The position numbers were made by a program, and so were the translations under genes. A DNA stretch of 64,000 bases from Camelus ferus (taxonomy: Eukaryota): assembly GCF_009834535.1 (NCBI RefSeq), contig NC_045697.1, positions 25,298,001 to 25,362,000 of the forward strand. Direction: 5' to 3'. A model generated the notes under the pieces. The model did not search any database and was not told the DNA's origin. It worked only from the letters and a program-made list of their open reading frames with translations. Shown in pieces: positions 51,348 to 64,000 of this stretch. Position 1 is the stretch's first letter. Each line of letters opens with the position of its first letter.

Positions 51348-51575
51348 GCGCCCTTGTAAAACAGGCCCCAGTGAGCGCTCTTGTTCTCTTTCCACCATGA
51401 GGGGTATTGTGGAGAAGTCGGCAGTCTGCAGCGTGGAAGAAGGCTCTCACCGGAACTGACCATGCTGACACGCTAATCTTAGACTTTCAGCCTCCAAAAC
51501 CGTAAGAAATTCATTTGTGTTGTTTATAAGCCAGTTTTCAGTGTTCTGTTGTAGCCCCACTGAGACTCGTAGATA
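51348..51575 (+). mobile_element. MaLR LTR (MLT1A/B-like), 3' part
   Basis: Resumes at GCCCTTGTAAA, where the left half stopped. Contains CAGCCTCCAAAAC...TGTTGTTTATAAGCCAG. Confidence 0.85.
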
Positions 51576-51800
51576 ACTAGGGACTGCTGGAGGTATATTC
51601 AGCAGAGGCACCTTGGCTAGCTCAGGCTTCCAAGTGCAGGCTAGCACAGTTCAATACTCAGATACAGTGTTTCCGTAGTGATAGACGTGGTTCAGGTGAT
51701 AATTCAGTTATAAAGTAAAGTGTTCATGTTTCTCTACATTTTGCTGTTTGACTTAAAACTTCAAGGCACTCCTTTCAGCATGTATTACTCCTTACCTGTG

Positions 51801-51999
51801 TAGGGTTACCAGGTTTAGCAAATAAACACAATATACCATTTACATTAGAGTATTACTTAAAAATAAATACTATTTTAGTATAGGTAAATAAGTATGTGTC
51901 CCAGTTATTGCATGGGGACCTACTTACACTAAAAAAAAAGTGTTGTTTATCTGAATTTCAAATTTAACTGGGTTTCCTGTATTTTATCTGACAACCATA
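51801..51999. mobile_element. MER53-like palindromic non-autonomous DNA transposon (MITE)
   Basis: TAGGGTTACCAG...CTGACAACCATA terminal inverted repeats and an internal inverted repeat TTTTAGT...AAGTA..GTCCC / GGGAC.TACTT..ACTAAAA. Confidence 0.8.
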
Positions 52000-54250
52000 T
52001 ATTCGTGTGATTTAATAGGTGTTTTAGGCCTATGTTGGTAAAATTATATTAGCTGTTCCAAATTCTTTTTTGCATTAAGGGCTAAGGGGGAAATTGAAGT
52101 AAACTGTCTAGTACATGTAGCTTGTCTGTGAAATTAGGTTATTGAAAACATTCAAAGAATTGCTTAGTGAGCTTATGGTAGGCAGGTTTGTAGATGCTGC
52201 TTGTTCCTTAAGAAAATATATTTAAGAAATGTGTGGAAGTCCAAAACAAGTGTTTTGCCTAGCATATGACTGAAGTATAAATCCATACTAGGCTTCTAGT
52301 GCCACATATATCATTCGAGATTTTAATTCAAGAATCTGAGTGATTTTCCAACTGAAATGAACATGGAATGATAAACATAGCTTTCAAAATACAAAACCAT
52401 GACATTCATACAAGTGCAAAGTGAATGTATTTCAATGATGTAAGTTAACTCATTCATGAGAAAACCATTAAGATGTTAAAACTAACTTAAAGAAAATATG
52501 AAGGACACACAGACATATATGAAGAAGGCTGAAATCTGCTAATAGAGCCAAAACTAGTTAATATAATATACATAGGGCAATAAAATATAATACTTGGGCT
52601 CGTATTTTTTACAGGACAGAAATCAACTTTTTTTCTGTGAACAAAAGTTGTTTGCATTTACATTTACCTTACTATCGTATTTTCACCACTTAACTTCTAC
52701 ACCTAAGAGTTGTGAAATAGAATAATCAATAGAAAGACAGCCGGAAGTACAGAACCCTATACTGACCCAACAGTCACTGAAAAAACACCCAGTAATATCT
52801 GTGGTCAAGTTCGAAGTCTTTGAAAAACATTCCTGACAATGATAAGGCAAAAACTTTTTTTTTTTTTTTTTTTTCCGGCTTGGGTAGGGGAACTTTCCTT
52901 AGCAGGTATATTCCTCAGGCCCTGGGGCTTTGAAAATGCCTTCTCACAGAGGTAAGGATGCTTTGTCACCAGGTAGAATATATTCAATCCTCATTACCTC
53001 TAATTTTAGGCTGAAATGATTATATCTCTCAGTGTAATAATTGTTCCTGTTTCTTCTCTATTTTCTTCTTGCACTATAATTTTTGCTTTTGTTTTATTTT
53101 CCCCTATGGTATTTTCAAGCTATCTACTCAAGTTTGCAATAGATGTAACTGCCTTTATTTTTCAATATTTCAACCTTATCCCTATTTCAATTTTACTTTG
53201 CATAGCAGTGGAAACAAGCTATAAAAAATAAATTTCAGCAATTCAGTGATTAAGTTATGTTTACACTGTATTTTCTGCCATCAGTCAATACTTTCTGTTC
53301 TCCAGCCCCTACATCTAAATTGTGTCTAATGTGCTAGCATGGCTTTTGGGGAAGGCATACGGACGTGTTCAATGTATTTCTCCATTGAGATGTATTTTAA
53401 CTTCCATTGAACATGTCATTCCTCCACACTGGCACTTCTGAGATATGATCTTTCCCGAGTGGTCCCCAACCGAACAATCTATGATTGATGTACTGATGGT
53501 ATCACTTTGTCAAAGCTTCAAGCTCTTTCTTTGTTAGCCTGGTCTTAGTATTACATTTGTGTCAGATTTAACCATGTAAGTTTGGTGTCCCAGCAAACAC
53601 TGGGGAGTTATAAGCAAGTCTATGAGGCTGCCTCTAACCCATCAACCTAGGCATACCAAATCTCAAAATCCAGTCTCCTTTGCCATGAAAACAAAGGATT
53701 TTTAGAAGCTTGTGCCTCCTGTAGACATACAGTGGAAGTAGTGCATAGCTTCTTTCTGTTCGAGAACCTCAACCCATCAGAAGGATCTTTCTCCATCCCC
53801 GTGCTGCTGCACAGGGCTCAGCCAGTGACGGAGGTGGAATATATATCCGCAGCAGCACACCGGTCTCTGATCTGTTGATTCCCTTTTAGACATTCCTTCT
53901 TATCCTAAGCCAATGGGATCTTCCTCTGGTCTGGGCAAGTGGGAGAAATCTGCCTTTTCTCTGTGATACACATTGAAGTATTCCAGGGGTCGTCTTTCAT
54001 AAAAAGCAAAAAGCCTTGTCTGAGGACTATATTCCTCAATGTCAATTTTAAAGTCAAAAGCTGAAAATTCCTTTTTTTCCCCCCACTATATCTCTGCAGT
54101 GACCACTGCAGAACATTTCAGATCTAAGCCTTGGGTTTCCTAGCTACCTCTCCTAGGCTGAAGCACAAAGAAATTATGTGTAGGGGGGAAGAGTAGGGAG
54201 GTAGCGTAATCTGATTTCTGCACATGTAATCAAGAAACTCTAATAACCCC

Positions 54251-54653
54251 TGTAGTAAATGCTGAGATGCACTCTCCCCCTCCCCCAGATTCCAACTTTA
54301 GGGAAAAAGCACTCTTTCCCCTGGCTACCGGGAGTGTGGCTGGCCAAAGCTTTCTCTCAGCTTAAAGAACCTCCTCATCTAAGGTTGGACCAGCTCCCCA
54401 AGAGCAGCCTGTATTCAAGGACACAGAGGAGAACAAAGGCCCAGCCCTTTGCCTCAATAAATACTTCTGAAGACCATTCCAGCTCCAGAGCTTCCTCAGG
54501 GATCTGCTGAGGTCTTTGTTATGAATGCATTGCACTTTAAACCTTTCCCTCTGCCCAACACTGATTCCCTCACTTCTTCAGTGTGATTCTGAAGAGCACT
54601 CCCCAATAAGCCTTCTGAATGCAGATCTCTATTACAGGGAAATCTGAGTTACA
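54251..54653 (+). mobile_element. LTR16-like solo LTR
   Basis: TGTAG start; GGCCCAGCCCTTTGCCTCAA; CCAGCTCCAGAGCTTCC; AGCACTCCCCAATAAG; CA end. Confidence 0.75.
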
Positions 54654-55779
54654 AAAAACACCCTAAATTAAAAAAATATATATATATACATATATATGTA
54701 TGTATGTGTGTATCTCCTGGCTAACCAATAATTATCTATTTGTCATAAAAAGAAAAATCAACAGACAGTAGTCCCCAGATTTAAAAAAAAAAAAAATCTT
54801 TTCCTTCCTTCCAGTCAACGTTTTTTTGTTTTGTTTTGTTTCCATTTTTCCTTCTGTCTTAACTCTTAGGTACCACTCTGATGTATAAGTCTGATCATGG
54901 GGAAGAGGAGTGTGGAAGGGCCCTAGAGCCCCACTTTGATTCCCCTCTTTTACGCTACAAGGACAATTGTAGAGGACTCCAAGGAGTCCCAAGGCTTTGG
55001 GAAACACCTTTACAATATCCCCTGCTTCGGCTACTTTAGGAAGCAGAGATCTTGCCATCCTACCGGGTCAATGGTTCACACACTGAGCTGTTATACCCAC
55101 ATATGCACATTGCTTCAGCATGGTTTTAAGCACGTGTTTTTATTTTAATAAATGTTTATTAACTTAGTGAATTTATAATCCACTTCCCAATCACTTAAAT
55201 TTTATTTAAGTACCTCTCTAATCCTATTAGTAATTATAAGATCAAAATAATTACAGAACATTGCTGTTAGAGCTAAGACATAATCCTGGGCATTTGGTAA
55301 AATCTGTAAATATTGTAATCAAAGGCCTTTGAGAAAAGGAAAAATGTGTTTTTGTTGAAATGAATATCTGTTATTTGTTGGCCATCTTTCGGGAATAAAG
55401 AGGAAAATCCCTAGCCACCCAGCAGCCTTATTTATGTAAAAATAAATGCATTATATCCTATGTTTTTAACTTTTCATCATCATACAAAAAGGATTCTGAA
55501 GAGAGTTCCATATTCTAGAAGTCAGGAAGGTTGATTAACTTTTTAGGAGGAGTTTTATTATTATAATAAGAAATATGGAGAAACTGAGAAGATGTTGATA
55601 AACACATTATCAAGACACTCATGTCTTGCCATGGTCCTATGGCTTCCACATTTAGACTTTGTGGTAGACACAATTGTTTGCTGCTTAAAAGCCATATGCA
55701 AAATCATTCTTGTCAACAGAAACCCAGTCAGTTCACCATCACACAGCTGAAACCATCCATCAAGAGTGACTGCCCTCCT

Positions 55780-56214
55780 GCCTAGCTCCATGGAGGGAAT
55801 CTTGATGGGTACAAGCCAAACCTAGTAATCTCATTCTCACTGCCTAAAATTAGTCAAGGTGTAGGCATGTGATAAAATGCTAGCCAAAAAGAACTGAGTG
55901 AGAATTTGTTCTGGGTGGATATAGGATATTTCTCTTCACACACATGTGCACACACACAAGCCTAGAATCTACCTCCTCTGGACGTTTTTGAATGAAGACA
56001 TAGATACTTAGAATTACGATATCTATCTTGCAACAGTGATGGTAAAATCAGTGGAATTTTACAGAATTTTAACAGATCTGATACTCCTAAGCCACTAAAA
56101 CAATCCTGGCAATTTACTCCATGGGAAAAAATCTCATAGAAAAGAATACGGCTTTCCTTATTTAAGCCCACCTTAACTGGGTGCTCTGTAACCAGAGTCA
56201 TGAGTATCCTAACA
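55780..56214 (+). mobile_element. Degenerate MLT1 (J/K-like) LTR
   Basis: 3' end TTCCTTATTTAAGCC...CTGGGTGCTCTGTAAC...ATCCTAACA. Confidence 0.45.
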
Positions 56215-56441
56215 TATATTTCACAAGCACAGACATTGAGGGCAGTTTGAATCTCCTTCACAAAGCCCCTGGAGCTCTCCTACTGACTTGAGAAACCTTA
56301 ATATATCCAGCCAACTTTTTTACTTTTGTGAGATTATTCCACATTCAGCAAACATTTGTTGGGTATTTATCACATGTATGTACACTGTTTACTTCTGTTG
56401 CTTGTATAATTGTAAGCCTCTGAAGGATTTTAAACAAGGGA

Positions 56442-56789
56442 ATGTATTAGTTTCCTAAGGCTGCATAACAAATTACCTTGAATTGGGTGGTTTACAATGA
56501 CAGAAATAGAGCCTCTCACAACTCTAGAGGCTAGAAATATGACATCAAGCCATACTTCCTATGGAAACTCCAGGGAGGTGTCTTTCCTTGCATCCTCCGA
56601 GCTTTTAGTGGTTGCTTGCATTCCTTGGCTGCATCGCTCCAGTTTCTGCCATTGTCTTCAGCCCAGCTAATCCAGTATGACCTCATCTTAACTTGATTAC
56701 ATCTGCAGACACCCTATTTTCAAATAAGATCACATTCACAAGTTCTGGGAAGACAAGAAGTTTAGGGGAACACTAGTCAATCCAGAATA
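56442..56789 (-). mobile_element. MaLR solo LTR (MLT1C/D-like)
   Basis: TGTATTAGTTTCCTAAGGCTGC...ACCTCATCTTAACTTGATTACATCTGCAGACACCCTATTT. Confidence 0.8.
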
Positions 56790-57755
56790 GGAGTGATGTG
56801 ATCTAATATTTGAGTTTCAAAAGATTGCTCTCAGTGCACAGTGTACCACTTTCCTGTTTCTCTAATATTCTATTTTTCTAACTTAATGTAGGGCTGGGAA
56901 CCTGATCACTAAATAAATTAGAATTATATGTAATAATTCCTATGACAAGGACAAAAATCATCATTACTCAGAAAGCATTTACATTAGATAACGTATCTGT
57001 CTCTTAGGCTTCTTTGTGACTACTGTGCTCTTACTTTCAGATTCTACCTACTTTCTCGGTGGGTGAAGTTGCCCATGTGTTTTTCAGATAGATGAGCTAT
57101 TACTGGCTATATACAATTTATGTGTTATATCAATATTCATTCAAAAATACTTATTTCCAGGTACTGTCATAGGCTCTGGGAATACAGCAGTGAATAACAG
57201 TAACAGCAAAAATAAGAAAATAAAGTCATTGCTCAAATGGAGCTTAAATTCTAAAGGGAAAGTGGGAAAGCTGGACATTAAGCAAATATCTAAAATATAG
57301 GTAAATAAAATAATGGTGGGTAATGCCAATGGTACGAAGGAAAATAAAAGAACATGAAAGAGAATTAGAGGATATTTCATTTTGGATCCAGTGGTCAGGG
57401 AAGACATCTCAGAGGACGTGACATTTGGCGGAGATGTGAATGATAGAATTAAAAGCCGTTAATGACCCCGTATTTTCCTCGAGATACAATCAAAACCTCA
57501 CATTCTTAGAAAGGCCCTTTGACATCTTGTCATTGATGAATTCCTCAGCTTCATCTCTTTCACTGGGTAACAAAGGGTTTGTTTTTTTTTAAGTATCTCT
57601 TACTAAGATCAACTTGTTTTCCATCAGTAAATCTTAGAATATGATTTGTGTTCACAGAGTTAAAGCAATTTAACCTTAGAACACAGACATGTACACATAG
57701 TATTTAATGTTTTCATACAGTGAAAACTTACCACGTTTCAAATTATGAGCAACTT

Positions 57756-58123
57756 TTTTTAATTGCACTATAGTTGATTTACAATATTGTGTTAGTTTCA
57801 GGTGCACAGCATAGTGACTCAGTTACACTTACATATTATTTTTCATACCCTTTTTAATTACAGGCTATCAGAAGCTTTTAAATGTAGTTTCCTGTGCTAT
57901 ACATAAGGACCTTGTTTTTTTATCTATTTTGTATGTAGCAGTTTGTATCTGCTAATTCCAAATTCCTAATGTATCCTTCCCCCCACTTTCCCCTGTGGTA
58001 ACCATAAGTTTGTTTTCTGTGTCTGAGTCTCTTTCTGTTTTGTTAATAAGCTTATCTGTATCTTTTTTTAAGATTCCACATATAAGTGATGTATGGTATT
58101 TGTCTTTCTCTGTCTGGCTTACT
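57756..58123 (-). mobile_element. Short L1 3' UTR insertion, same type as 31928-33017
   Basis: Shares GGTAACCATAAGTTTGTTTTCT and other blocks with 32178-32200. Perfect TSD TGAGCAACTT at 57746-57755 and 58124-58133. Confidence 0.9.
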
Positions 58124-59463
58124 TGAGCAACTTCTAATTATTTTTAAACCTATCTTTTAAAACCTATCATATTTAAAACCTATCTTTTATGCAAACCCAT
58201 AATTTTGTTTGGCCTTTTTACACATATAACTTATAAATTTATGTGTTGAGTTACTCTTAATAACCAAATTCATTTAAGCTATTAAATTTAATATTTTGAA
58301 ATTCTTTGTGTGTTTATTTTTCTCACATCTCATAACACAAACTATAGTTAGTATTTCAACTTTTACATATCTCAGAAGAGCAGATCCTTTTGCATTCAAT
58401 TACAAGTGATGATACAGGTAACAATGACAAAAAATTTCATATGGAGAAACTATGAAAATTGATCAACATAATTCAGATGGAAACTGAATCTCTGTAATAG
58501 CCATTGGACAAAATAACTTACTATATCCTCCTAGACAAGGGTCTTAAAAATCAATTAAATTAAAATGTTTCTAATGAAAATAGTTAATTCTAGTCACCTC
58601 TTAGGCACATATGTTCTCAATTATTTGAGACAAAATTAGCAAGTATAGAATTATTGTACGTAAGTCAAACTCTGCTGACAAAGTAAATGCAAAACAAAAA
58701 AATGCAAAACAAATATCTTCAGTAGCACCATCTTAAATTACAACATTGCGTGACTGTAATGGGACAAACTACCAGCAGAGGGATGGCTTTGAACAACCAC
58801 TTTAGTACTAATTTAAGACTGAAATAAATAGGAGCCCCAAACACAGGCCAAACAAAATGTAATTAATATGAGGCCTTCATGAGAGTCAATTTGCACAATT
58901 ACAGGTGCAGTGAGTATTAAAATATTGAACTACAATATGTGTGTCATGGTTGATAGAATAGTATATGACAGAATTAATTGCAATGTGTGAAAATTATTTA
59001 ATATTCCATCGCATACACATGACTCATCTAACACACAGAACCTATTCTATAATTCTAGTTTGGAGATTGCAGCACAGATTTTGGGATGTATCTTGCTGTG
59101 GGGTTAGGGGTACAGGGCTGCGAGTGCTGCATAAATTTTAATTATGTTAGATGTGAAGAGTTGCCTCTAGGTTGAAAGGTCTTGGATGGAGAGTGAGGGT
59201 GTTCCACAAAGCGGAGGAAGGCACATTGTGTATCTGTTCACACAAACACAAAAATGCTTAGCCCTGTATGGGCTCAGGCCCTAGCTGTGGAGGACCCAAG
59301 GAGATTGAAAATTTATTGTGCAGAGTGCACATGTGTGGAGACTTAATTCCTTAGATACATTTTAGGTTCTTTGCTTATTTGTAAACTATCCCTTTGTGGT
59401 GGTGTCAAGGACAGGTGGGGGCCCTTTTGGCTTCTTGTGATAAGATCTGTGCAGAGAGAAACA

Positions 59464-59578
59464 GTCCATTTTATCCATAACAGGGTATGTACACCAACAT
59501 GGTCCATTTTATCCATGTTATCGGAGTACATACACCAACATGGGCCATATTATCCATGTTAGCAGGGTACATACATAC
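59464..59578. repeat. Minisatellite, about 3 x 38-41 bp
   Basis: Units beginning G(T/G)CCAT(T/A)TTATCCAT at 59464, 59502 and 59543. Confidence 0.85.
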
Positions 59579-61289
59579 ATCCTTTCTTTCTTACCTCTTC
59601 CTGCAAGGCCAAGGAGCCTCCCTCCAACTCCCCAACTCCCTTTCCCCTGCCTGCTTGCTGCAGTGCCCTGGAACAGTTTTTTCAAGAGAACCCTTGAGTG
59701 TTGACTCAGTCTGTCAGTAATCACCACTTAAACTTTCTTTGGTATCTCTTCCCTTTTTCTTCTCCTTTGTTTTACTCTAGTTTAACAACAGAGCCTCAGC
59801 CAACAACTGCCTCCGTGCAGGGAACCAGCTGTTACTGAGTCGGTCTGTGCAAGGCACACAGCTGTCCTACTCCCTTGATTGAGTCAGGCTAAAGGAGTCA
59901 ACTCCTGTGTCTGGAAGCTAGCTCAGTATATGCCCACCCACATGCCTCTCATGACTTCCTCCTTAATTGATCCGAGTGCTCCTCACCCTCACTGTAGGCA
60001 TGTAACCAGTGTCCAGATTAGAGGATGCTCACTTGGTCGAGGGAAAAGGATAGTGAGAAAGGAGTGAAAGCATGCAGGGCAGTGGGAAGACTAAGATGGG
60101 AGGGAGTGTCTTCAGTGTCGTTTGGCATCTGTCAGATACCCTGTCACTAATTATGTCATTTAATGGTGAAGTCTTTGAAGAGATTAATATGGCTCCTTAT
60201 AGCTGCATAGCCATAGCTGTATCACAGGGAAGAGTCAAACCGTAACTTCTATAAATCAGTAGATGGCTGAAAATTATTAGAATAAATTAGACTAAATTGA
60301 TTAATTTATGCCATAACTTAAGTCACATGTTATACACTTTTCAAAAATATAGTTTAAATTATTTCAATAACAAAAGGTATGTTACATGGCAATTCACATT
60401 TATATTGCAGTATTGATTATGCAGTATCCTGAATATTAACCAAGTACCTAAATGAGCATTTTTAAAAGTTTCTGACTTGGATCTAGATATGTTAACAATT
60501 TTGAAAAGCACAGAAAATTGAAATGGCTGCAAGTGTCTCAGTTATTGTGTATAAATTTGAAATTCTTCCAATAATCTTGGAATGGCCAGGTTACAAGTAA
60601 ACTAATATTATTTAACTATATAATGAGTTTCTATGTAACTATATGCTTCTAGTTTACTCTATTGCAGATGATAATAACTTAATAATACTATTTTCCTTAT
60701 GAAATGATAAGTATGAGCATCAGTATATTAACTGATGTCAACTGAACTTATAAAAACGCTTTTCTCAGGGCAGAGCACATAATCAACAGATTTTAATTTC
60801 TGTAGACATGGGAAAGATATGTATAAGCAAAGAATGAAAGTAATTTGTCACCAGCTTTGGCTTTGTTTACTCTTTTTATATTGTTATCTTTTTGTTCTCA
60901 TTTCTGGTTTTATATGGTAGATTTTAAAACTGAAAGAGACAGAAAAATAAATTGATATAGCTGTGACCAGGTATGGAAGGTCTATTATCTAGAGAGTTTT
61001 AGAATGGGATGTTACTTGCATTTATCTGTATCTCCATTTTTCTTTTAACTTCAAAGTTTCATAAAGGAGAGGTCGATTCTTGACTTAATACTTTTCTGAA
61101 ATTTGTTGGTCTGAGGTCATCCATTGTTCAGGGATTCCTAAAGAATTTATTCTTGTCTGATAGGAAGTCTTGTTCTCTTTTTTATGGTAAAGGAACCACA
61201 TTTCATCTCACAGCAGACATAGGCTTGCTTTCCTGGACTAATTCCTCACCCCATGATTTTGCTTCTTGCCACTTTTATCTCAAGACCAG

Positions 61290-61940
61290 GGAAACTGAGC
61301 AATCCCCGGATGGGCTTTCTCAGTAACAGACCCTTTCATGTTCTCCACGCCTCACTGAAAGAAAAACTTCAGTCTCCTGAACCCAGCGGAGTTTCAGAAG
61401 GTCTGGCTCAAGGGTTAATGATTAGAGGAATGAGAACATTCAGAGACAAAGAACAGCAGTCAGACAGGAGAACTGGTAACAATTTAAACAAAAGGTCAGC
61501 CATACACTAGAGCCACAGGACTTCAGTTCATCCCTGAAGGACATAGATAGCACCATCTGACACACATTCCTAAGTTGTTCTTACGGAAACCAGTCTCCCA
61601 CCAGATGAAAACTGCTGACTGCAGGCATGTAGAACTCAGTCTGGTTAGAACCAGAAGGTTGATGATTGAGATTCCTGAAACATCACCCCGTTACCTCACC
61701 ATCCACCAATCAGACAACTGAGCACAAGCTGATCTTACACCCTGCTACTCTTCTCCTCACAGTCTTTCAAAGCCCTAACATAGAGCTGTTGGAGAGTTCA
61801 TGGCTTTTGAGCACAAGCTACCCATTCTCTTTGCTTGGCACTTTGCAGTAAACACTGTGATTCCTTTCACCACAACCTGGTGTCAGTAATTTGGCTTTGC
61901 TATGCATTGGGCAAGCTGACCCAAGTTTGGTTTGGTAACA
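61290..61940 (+). mobile_element. ERV1-type solo LTR
   Basis: Ends CCCAAGTTTGGTTTGGTAACA; AGTAAA signal near 61847; 4-bp TSD CCAG at 61286-61289 and 61941-61944. The 5' TG appears mutated. Confidence 0.75.
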
Positions 61941-64000
61941 CCAGGATAGGTTATTTGGTCGATGCTGACATAAGACTTTGTCCTCTCTCTTTTTTCTTCT
62001 AGAGCACTTAAATTGTTTAGCATGGTTATTTGTTTAGTGTTTGATCCACCCACCAAAGTGAAGTCAGTGTTTGTGATGTGAAATTCTCAGTACTAAGCAT
62101 TTTATATTTGTTAACTAACTCATTTAATCCCATGAAGTGGTAATTTCAACAGATGAGGAAACAGAGGAAAGAAGCTACTAGCCCACGGTCATGGAACTAA
62201 GTGGTGGACTTGGGTTGGCTTTTCCAGAGCCAACAATGTTAGTCTACAGGCTACACAGGCTCTGATCTTGAATAGTTAGCTTCAAGGGACAAGGCCCCCC
62301 TATTCTTGCCTGCGCTATATCCTAGTGTATAGCACAGCGTGTACATTTAAAATGCAATCAAACAGCTGTTAAATGAGTTAATTAATAGTATTTTCACACT
62401 TTACTAGGATAAAGACAACCATTATTAAACATTGTGAGCTCCTAGGGAAAATCATGTGGGGCAGTCTAGAAAAGTAGTTAAGACCAGGGGTCATATCAGT
62501 CACCAGTCATGTGATCTTATGTGGCTTGCCTAACTATGTCTAATGTCTCATATGTAATATTGATATGAGGATATAAATAGAATTTACATCATAGAATTGT
62601 AGAGAGAATAATAACATGCAGTGTCTGGTACAGAATTTGTTCCCAGTTAATGTTAAATATCTGTTAATACCATAAAAGTTCATGGTTTGTTGCGGTAAAA
62701 GGATTCAATAAAATATTTACATATATAAGACTTAGATCTGTCTTTAAGTCATGGGAAAAGGCAAAGTGTCTTTCAGTATTACAGCAAAGTGAAATTTCCT
62801 TCCAGAGAATTCATTTGTGGGTATTCAGTGCAATCTTTTATCCATTAGATCTACAGATATTTATTGAGCACTAGTTACAATTATAGGCATTTTGATTGTT
62901 ACTGAGATACCGGAGAGAGAAAAACATTTTTCATGGATCATACAGTCTAATGAGAAGAAAGGTGAATACTCATTACAAAGTCAGACATAGGACATAAGAC
63001 ATACAGAGCAGTGTGGAAGCAGTAAATGATGTTTTAGATGACTAAAAATATACTGAAACAATAGCATACATCTATTGGTTTCTAGAATGTAACAGAAAAA
63101 AAAGAGGAAGAACAATTCAAAATAAAGATTTAGATGAAGGGCCTGATCATTGGGCTCTTGTCATTCATGTGAGCATTCTTGACAGTTATTTCAAATCCTC
63201 AGACACTGCTTAACCATGCTAAGTCAGGGAGGAAACTGTGATAAACTGCAAAACATCATACTTGACCTGGATCCCATCTTAATGTTAGGTTCATCCCATT
63301 AACAGAGAAAAACCAAATAAGCTCTAACTTTATAAACTGAAAATGAAGTATAGCCACGTTTCTGTAACTTGTCCATTGTCTTTTACTTAAAAGGTATAAT
63401 TTGAATATAATATGTTTTCAAACAACTGTATAAGTAGGTCTACATGCCTGCACTATTTTCTACACCTTCCGAATCTGTTATGTTACGTGCACCAGTAAAT
63501 GGACCTCAGCCACTTCCTATTTTGCAAGTGCTCAGCATTTCAGTCTCCAGTTCCCCAAGCAACGTCGCCAATCCAAATTCTCATGGCTGCATTATGGATC
63601 AAGCTTCCTTGTATTTTGACTTCTTAATTCAGTGTCCATTGTTCAGTGGTATATTCTTCCTCATGATTTCTCCCACTGCAAGCCCAGTTGTTTCCTGGAT
63701 TTGTTACACAGAGCAGTTTTGCTCTGCTCCAGTATCTCCTTTAAAAACTTGCATATCTGTAGCCATCACTCCACTCAGCAAAGAAAGAGCCCCCTTGTTT
63801 CTCGAACTGACCCCTTAGAAACTAGTGCAAGTTATGTCACAATTATAAATACACACACACAGACTCACAGACAACACAGATCTGACTTGATTGTTAGCCA
63901 AAACAGATGGATTATATATAATTATCAAATATTATCTGTTTTCTTGTTAATAGAATGATCTTTATTTTTTCCTTATAATTATTTGAAATATTACATTTAC

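Noticed and set aside
53340..53900. Possible processed pseudogene
   Set aside because: The minus-strand frames I translated gave no recognisable protein, and I saw no poly(A) or TSD.
63444..63958. Overlapping 124-aa and 108-aa ORFs
   Set aside because: No recognisable homology or exon structure; probably chance or decayed repeat.

Overview
AT-rich, repeat-dense mammalian non-coding DNA. A Vic-type tRNA-derived SINE suggests a camelid genome. I recognise no host protein-coding exon or RNA gene. Most ORFs in the track are chance ORFs or decayed retroelement fragments. The main feature is a 3.67-kb minus-strand provirus (47681-51347) nested in an older MaLR (MLT1A/B-like) LTR. It has paired LTRs, a degenerate 5-bp TSD, a tRNA-Ser PBS, a splice donor, a PPT, gag remnants, an in-frame UAG gag-pro junction, a class III (ERV-L/ERV-S-like) pro-RT, and a gamma-type env remnant with an immunosuppressive domain. 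Capsid, most of RNase H, integrase and the env anchor appear deleted. Its LTRs are about 86% identical by hand alignment yet remain CpG-rich, each with three NRF1-like GCGCATGCG sites spaced 39 bp apart. The window also holds an ERV-L pol/integrase fragment with an MLT2 LTR piece, two 5'-inverted (twin-primed) L1s, two L1 3' ends with TSDs, several solo LTRs, MIR/L2/MER relics, and repeat-poor blocks rich in homeodomain motifs that may be enhancers. Repeat family names come from recalled consensus sequences and need RepeatMasker/Dfam confirmation.
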